This document shows positions 57,191 through 64,000 of a stretch of DNA of 64,000 nt, piece by piece (positions within the stretch are counted from its first letter, which is position 1; the number at the start of each line of letters is the position of its first letter). Source of the DNA: Paraspadella gotoi (taxonomy: Eukaryota; Animalia; Chaetognatha); NCBI GenBank assembly GCA_051294375.1, contig CM119270.1, positions 12,021,998-12,085,997 on the forward strand, in the 5' to 3' direction. The position numbers and the translations under genes were made by a program. Below the pieces are notes generated by a model. The model saw only the letters and a program-made list of their open reading frames with translations, did not search any database and was not told where the DNA came from.

Positions 57191-57663
57191 CCTACATACG
57201 GAAATTACGGAAAACACAATTTCGTCGAGGTAATCCTTCACTCCGTTCCTCATCCCTTCTCACTCTATCGCTTATTTTAGAGAAAAAAAGGAGATTAGAG
57301 AGCGAGACGGAGAGTCGAGACGAGAGCGAAAAGCGAGAGAGGGCTGAGAATTTTGCTTCATCGCCCGCCGAATTTAGCGACCCGACGCCGACGAAATCCC
57401 CACGCGTCAAGAATTTCTCTTTTTTTCCACATTTTATCCCAGAAAAACTTTTTCCCTTCTTTTTTTTTTTAGTTCGAAACAAAAAAAAAATCGAAGAAAA
57501 TTCTNNNNNNNNNNNNNNNNNNNNNNNNNTTAAAACAAAAAAAACAAAAATCCTCTGCTTCGACTCTGCGACGAACTTACCTTTTTTTCCTTTTATACCA
57601 AAGACCTCACCCCGATCTTTCTTCGCCACGACCAGTCTTTCCCGTCCGGCGTCATTTCTAAAG

Positions 57664-58971
57664 ATGACGACTTCGGTGGACGCTTCCGCTTCACCGTCGT
57701 CGCCTTCAACATCCTCTTCCCCGACCCACCCCTCCCAACGACCCCGTCGGCGATTCGGTCGCAGATTACGCGGAGATTCTTCCTCGATGTCCCGCGGGGA
57801 GTTGGAGAGGTTGGCTCCCCAAGGAGACGACCTCGTCGACAACTCCTTCGACTCGATCCCTTCCGGCGACCGAGATCTGTCCCGGCAACCGACCGACGCC
57901 CCCTCCCCGACTCAGGCTCCTCTCCCGAGCCTCTCCCAACCTCCCACCCTTTCTCAAGTCCTTCGGTTGACCGAGATTGACTCGCGGAGCATCATGCGAG
58001 AGATGGAGGCCGACACTTTGGCCACGCCTCCCAACGACGCCGCGGCTTCCTTTAACTCCGCCACCCCCGCTGCCTTTTCTGCCCTCCGTGTCCCAGCCTC
58101 TCGCGCGAGGGCGACTTCCTTCGAATTGACATCGGGTGACGGCGCGTTGGACAACCCTGACTTTCCCTCCGCGACCGCCTCCGCCTACGCCCACTCCACC
58201 GCTTCCGCCTTCGCCTCCAACTCGTCTTCAACCAACTTAAGGGACTTCTTCCTCGAGCCTCTCGTCGAGGATTCGCGTCGACGCCTTCCGAAGTCTCAAT
58301 CGCGACCAACTTCTGGCGAAAGTCACGCCCCCGCCTCCTCGCCCGCCTCCTTCTTCTCCTCGTCTTCTTCCTCCTCATCGCTAAGAGTTTCCTTCTTCTC
58401 CGTCCTCTTTCTCGGCCTCCTTTCTTTGTCAGCCGTCGATGGAACTTGGTGGTGAGTTGAATGACAAGGCTCGATTTTAATATGTTGTATTAATAGATTA
58501 AGCTTTATTAGCACGGGTTCGTAACGAAAAACCGTATCGCTCAATTAGTTAATTACAAATTTTGGAAGTTGAAAACGTTTTACTATTTAATAGAACAGCA
58601 AATTTTATAAAAGTCGTATAAGGGTCGATCGTAAACCTTTTAAATTACTTTAATTCTAAAAAAAAAAATTATTCGTTCGCCGAAATATTATCATATTTTC
58701 GGCGTAAAAAGTTCAAAGGTCTTTTTTCCACGGTTTTCCCGCGAAACCGGAAGTTATTGCGCGGGAAGGGCGGGTGACGTTGGTCCCCGACGGAGGGGTC
58801 CCGACGTTTTGGACCGCGGGGATTTGAGAGGAGCGGGGATTTGACGTACAGGGATGACTCGTCGTCTTGACGGGTTAACGTCTTCCACAGTCATATTTGT
58901 CCCCCGGAATTGGCGGGCTGGCATCGTTTGGAAAAGATGACAAAATAAAGGAAGGACATAGAGACGACGAC

Positions 58972-59047
<76 letters not shown>

Positions 59048-59956
59048 AGTTGGGTTACAGTCTTCTAAGCTAAGTTTAAAACCCTTCTCCGTTTTCTTAA
59101 AGAGATGCCTATCCAGATCTCTCTCTCTCTTCTCTCTCTCTCCCTTCTCTCTCTCTCTTTCGTCTCTCCTCTCTCTCTCTCTCTCTGCTCTCTCTCTCTC
59201 CTCTCTCTCTCTCTCTCGTCCCAAAAGTAAAGCGGTCAGATAAATGTTGAAAGTTTTTTTCTTTTGATTTACATATTTGCGTATTAGCGTCTTTCAATCT
59301 TGAGGAACGGTTTCTCGGTTTTGTTTTATTTTCCTCGATGAAGAATAAATCCAGAAAAAAAAATCTTTGGAAGGGAAAAAGCAGCGGGGTAAGGGAAAAA
59401 AGGGTCGGTATTAAGGGTAAGTTCAAAAAGGCTCGAACTTAAAAACAAAGATCGAAAGGTCTCGATAATCCTAAATGTTTAATTCTTCGAAATTGAATCG
59501 TCGATTAGTCATTTAAATCTAATTTGCATGATTCACTTCATGGAATATTTATTTTAAAAAAAATATTCCTTTCCCGATGATCTGTCGCAAATCGGGCGAT
59601 GGTTCGAGACGATGATAGATGGCGTTCTTTCAATCTTCCGCTCGCGTTTAGGGAGACGGGGGGACGGAGGGGGGGGATTATATTCCCGATTTTAATTGGA
59701 AAAGGGGGGTAAGAAAAAAAGAAAAGTGGACAGGGGGAAATAGTAAAAAGTAAAAAAGAACCAGTAGAAAGAGTGGGCGGGAGAGAAAAGCCGAAAGGAT
59801 TCAGGCGGGGCCAGGAGGAGCCAGGCGAAGCCAGGCGGAGCCAGTCAGGCCGAATGTGTCGAAAGCATAACCGAGGATTTACAGCCCGTGGCTTTCCTAC
59901 TCTTCTAATAGTCCTTGGGTTGAGGGGGTAAAGAGAAAAAAAAAGGAGAGGAGGAG

Positions 59957-60012
<56 letters not shown>

Positions 60013-61424
60013 CGATGACATGAAACAAAATTTGTTAGTGCATGCATCTTTGATGTTCAATCGGCGTTATCGGACATTTCCGGGAGACATAGACGGGGTT
60101 CCAGGATCGGCGGACGAATATGGGAGATTTCCGGGGATCGCATTTCACCTCGCGCCCCCCTTTCTGTCCTGGGGGAAGGGAGGATTAGGACTAAGAGGTC
60201 ATGAGTCTCGGTCTTCGTGGGGGCGCGGGGGTCGGTGGGTGAGAAAGCTGGATCTCTCCGAAGAATTTTCTCTTTTTCCGCGATTTTCCCAAAAATCTGG
60301 CAACGTTTTTGAACATTTGACACAACATTAATATCTTTGAGTCGAAACAGAAGGAAAGGGAAGACGAAATGAGAGGAAGAAAAAGAGGGGAAAATAAAGG
60401 AAGGGGGAAAAAAAAAAGGAAAAAGAAAACTCGATAAAAAACGAAAAGCAATAAAAACCCGGCCACCCCCGAGAATTTGGTGTTTCTTCTTTTTCTTCTT
60501 CCTAAAAATTTGGAACTAATCTTATTTTTCTTAAATAAAATTCAATAAACACGAAATAAAAAAAAATATAATAACGCGAAAGCGACGNNNNNNNNNNNNN
60601 NNNNNNNNNNNNNNNNNNNNNNNNNNNNNNNNNNNNNNNNNNNNNNNNNNNNNNNNNNNNNNNNNNNNNNNNNNNNNNNNNNNNNNNNNNNNNNNNNNNN
60701 NNNNNNNNNNNNNNNNNNNNNNNNNNNNNNNNNNNNNNNNNNNNNNNNNNNNNNNNNNNNNNNNNNNNNNNNNNNNNNNNNNNNNNNNNNNNNNNNNNNN
60801 NNNNNNNNNNNNNNNNNNNNNNNNNNNNNNNNNNNNNNNNNNNNNNNNNNNNNNNNNNNNNNNNNNNNNNNNNNNNTCATGGATGTGGTACTCATGAGGC
60901 GTGGGGTCGCGGGTGGTCCGATCTTTGAACTTTTTCGCCAAGTTTTCGCGACTTCCCGTCTCTCGCCTTTGACCTATGACCTTACCTGGTTCTTGACGAT
61001 GATCCCTTCCCTCCCCTCTATCTCCCCCTCTCATCTCCCCCCTCCCCCATTTCCCTCTCTTTTCATCCAGGTTTTTGAGTCAAATATCGGTGAACAGCCT
61101 GGGTGCCCGCGTCGTCTGTGATTCGATCCCGGGCCTGGTCAGACGACAAAGGAAGATCTGCCACAACAACCCCGAATTGATGGTGAGTAAAATTTAGAAA
61201 TTATATTAATTTCACACAAAGATTCACACAAACTTTTCACAATCTCACAACTCAAGACTCACATTAACTGATTTCTCGTCCTTCGTTTCCTTCATCCCAG
61301 GTTTCCGTGTCCAATGGGGCGAAATTGGGAGTGAAACAATGTCAACATCAATTCTCCGATCACCGATGGAATTGTTCCACTTTGCCGAGAGACTCATCCG
61401 TCTTTGGGAAAGACATGCTCAAAC
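57664..61424 (+). CDS. WNT2: Wnt2-subfamily ligand, exons 1-3 (remaining exons in gaps or beyond the window)
   Basis: Exons 57664-58451, 61071-61182 and 61301-61424 splice in phase to ...[98 protein letters not shown]. This closely matches WNT2B/WNT2 ([21 protein letters not shown]...[24 protein letters not shown]). Start codon is provisional. Confidence 0.9.
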
Positions 61425-61818
61425 GTAAGTTCATATTCGTTTCGTTGGTTCATACCTTTCTTTGTTCGTTCTAGTCCAAAAATATTATCACTTTCATTCT
61501 ATTGCCTTTTTTTGTTTCTTAAGCCGTACAAACCTCCTCCTACACTTGTCTTTCCTCACCTTCTCTCCTCCCATTACATCCGCCTTCCTCCCCTCTCTCC
61601 TCCCACCTTTCTCTGCCTCTTCTCCTCCCCTTACCTTTTTTTTTCGTCAAAACTCCTCCTTTTCGCATTTTCTCTTTCTTTTCCCTTTTTCTTTCCATCT
61701 TTTCCTTTTCTTTACTTTTATTTTGTCATCTTTTTATCTTCTTTTCTTTCGTCCGATTTTCGCCGATTATAATCCTTAGCCTGTGAATTCTGACACTTTT
61801 TACGACTCAGGAAAAGGG

Positions 61819-61854
<36 letters not shown>

Positions 61855-62542
61855 NNNNNNNNNNNNNNNNNNNNNNNNNNNNNNNNNNNNNNNNNNNNNN
61901 NNNNNNNNNNNNNNNNNNNNNNNNNNNNNNNNNNNNNNNNNNNNNNNNNNNNNNNNNNNNNNNNNNNNNNNNNNNNNGATTTCGAGTCACACCTGATGTC
62001 AGGTCTAATTTGGGTTTTCTTTCTAATACAAAAAAATCTGGATTAAATTTGTTTCTCTGTCATCGTTGTCCTCGTCGTTGTCGTCGTCGTCGTCGCCTTA
62101 ATCGTCGTCGTCACGAAAGTGTTTCTTTGTTTGACCCTCTTTTGGTCGCCTGAGAAGTAGGGGAAAACCGGGACTAGAATACAAACGATAAAAGTAAACA
62201 AAGTCGCTTCCTACTAAAAAAAAGTGACTATTAAAAAAAAAAATAAAAAAATAATATCTCTATAAATTTTTCATCTCGATTTTCACTTTTATAAACCAAT
62301 AAAAAAATTTAAATAATTATTATTTGTTGAGACGAAACAAATCGTTGTCATTCTCGTCGATTAGATCCGTGTCATCGTTGTCGTCGTCGTTGTCATCCCG
62401 CGCGAGTTGGTGTCACTTGACAAACGAATCGTCGCTCGTCTCATTCAACAAAACTTAAGACACGAAAAATCGAGAAAAACAAACAGAAAAGAAGAGAAGA
62501 GAACAAAATTCATAGTGTTTGAGTTTTTTGTTAAAAATGCAG

Positions 62543-62598
<56 letters not shown>

Positions 62599-63407
62599 AA
62601 ATGGCTTATTCCCAATTGAGGAATTAGCTTCGGTTATTTTCGAAGTAAAAAAGAAAGAAAAAGAAATTTACTCACTTAAAAGTCATATCTTTCTTTTTTT
62701 TTTTAACAAAGTTTGCTCCCGACATTATGAACGATTTCCACAACGACCTTAACATTTCCACAATGACTTCCACGACGATTTTAAAAAGACTTACACATTT
62801 CCACAACGTATTCACAACGACTTCCAAAATTTTTTTTTAAAATTTGCCTCTTGACCTTCTCATCGCATCCGCGCCGAGGAACGGGAAAAATTCCTGAAAT
62901 TTTCGAGGATTTTTTCGTAGTGAATGTTGTTTAAAGTGAAAGTAAACTCAAGTTGCTCGCATCTCTCTCTCTCNNNNNNNNNNNNNNNNNNNNNNNNNNN
63001 NNNNNNNNNNNNNNNNNNNNNNNNNNNNNNNNNNNNNNNNNNNNNNNNNNNNNNNNNNNNNNNNNNNNNNNNNNNNNNNNNNNNNNNNNNNNNNNNNNNN
63101 NNNNNNNNNNNNNNNNNNNNNNNNNNNNNNNNNNNNNNNNNNNNNNNNNNNNNNNNNNNNNNNNNNNNNNNNNNNNNNNNNNNNNNNNNNNNNNNNNNNN
63201 NNNNNNNNNNNNNNNNNNNNNCATCATCATCATCATCATCATCTTCGTCATCATCATCATCTTTTCAGTTTTCGGAAAAAATAAGAAAAGGAGGCAAAAA
63301 AGAAAGAAAAAAAAAGGAGAGCGAGAGAGGAATAAATCTAAGGAAAAACGACGACAGTTACGACAAGAGAAGTAGAAGCGTCAAGGACGACCAATGCCAA
63401 CGACGAA

Positions 63408-63455
<48 letters not shown>

Positions 63456-64000
63456 CACGGGGACCACGATGGCCGAACTTTGATGATGTCAGTGAATGTC
63501 AAATGTACAAGTCACGAGTTTATTAACGTAAACTTTATTTTTTATATTTGAATTAATGGAGGAATAAAAAAATTAGCTTTTGTTCTTTTAACTTTCTCTT
63601 TCTCTCTTTCTCTCTTTCTATATTTCNNNNNNNNNNNNNNNNNNNNNNNNNNNNNNNNNNNNNNNNNNNNNNNNNNNNNNNNNNNNNNNNNNNNNNNNNN
63701 NNNNNNNNNNNNNNNNNNNNNNNNNNNNNNNNNNNNNNNNNNNNNNNNNNNNNNNNNNNNNNNNNNNNNNNNNNNNNNNNNNNNNNNNNNNNNNNNNNNN
63801 NNNNNNNNNNNNNNNNNNNNNNNNNNNNNNNNNNCGATTTTCTTTGTCTTCGATCTTAATATCGTTGGTTTATTACCCCTTTATTCGTCGTCGTCCTCAT
63901 GGTCGACCTCATTGCCGTCTCAATTTGCTTCGCTGCAATCAACCATCTCCTTTTGATTCCATTGATTCCATTGTCGCTCAAGAATTCCGCCCCTCTCCGC

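Overview
Eukaryotic (metazoan, probably non-insect invertebrate) genomic DNA from a draft assembly, with short GT-AG introns, many (AG)n/(AAAG)n/(ACG)n microsatellites and 12 N-gaps. By hand-splicing I reconstruct seven genes. (1) An M14 carboxypeptidase A/B (minus, runs off the left edge). (2) An unidentified ~1031-aa multi-pass membrane protein gene (plus), nested in the carboxypeptidase's first intron. (3) A Klarsicht-like KASH-domain nuclear-envelope protein (minus). (4) ST7 (plus, 14 coding exons). (5) A ~1212-aa protein with a catalytically degenerate CCR4/Angel-type EEP domain and repeated WLELRS motifs, antisense in ST7 intron 6. (6) An ACP7 purple acid phosphatase with a GC-AG intron, antisense in ST7 intron 9. 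(7) The 5' part of a Wnt2 gene (plus), whose hydrophobic signal sits behind an unusually long Ser/Pro-rich N-terminal extension. ST7-Wnt2 adjacency mirrors the vertebrate ST7-WNT2 and ST7L-WNT2B pairs. About 13 kb (parts of 17-20 kb and 38-57 kb) is redundant, indel-ridden tandem or inverted copy next to exact 25-N gaps, most likely long-read gap-filling artefact. There are no prokaryotic features and no CRISPR. All family calls are from recognised motifs, not database searches.
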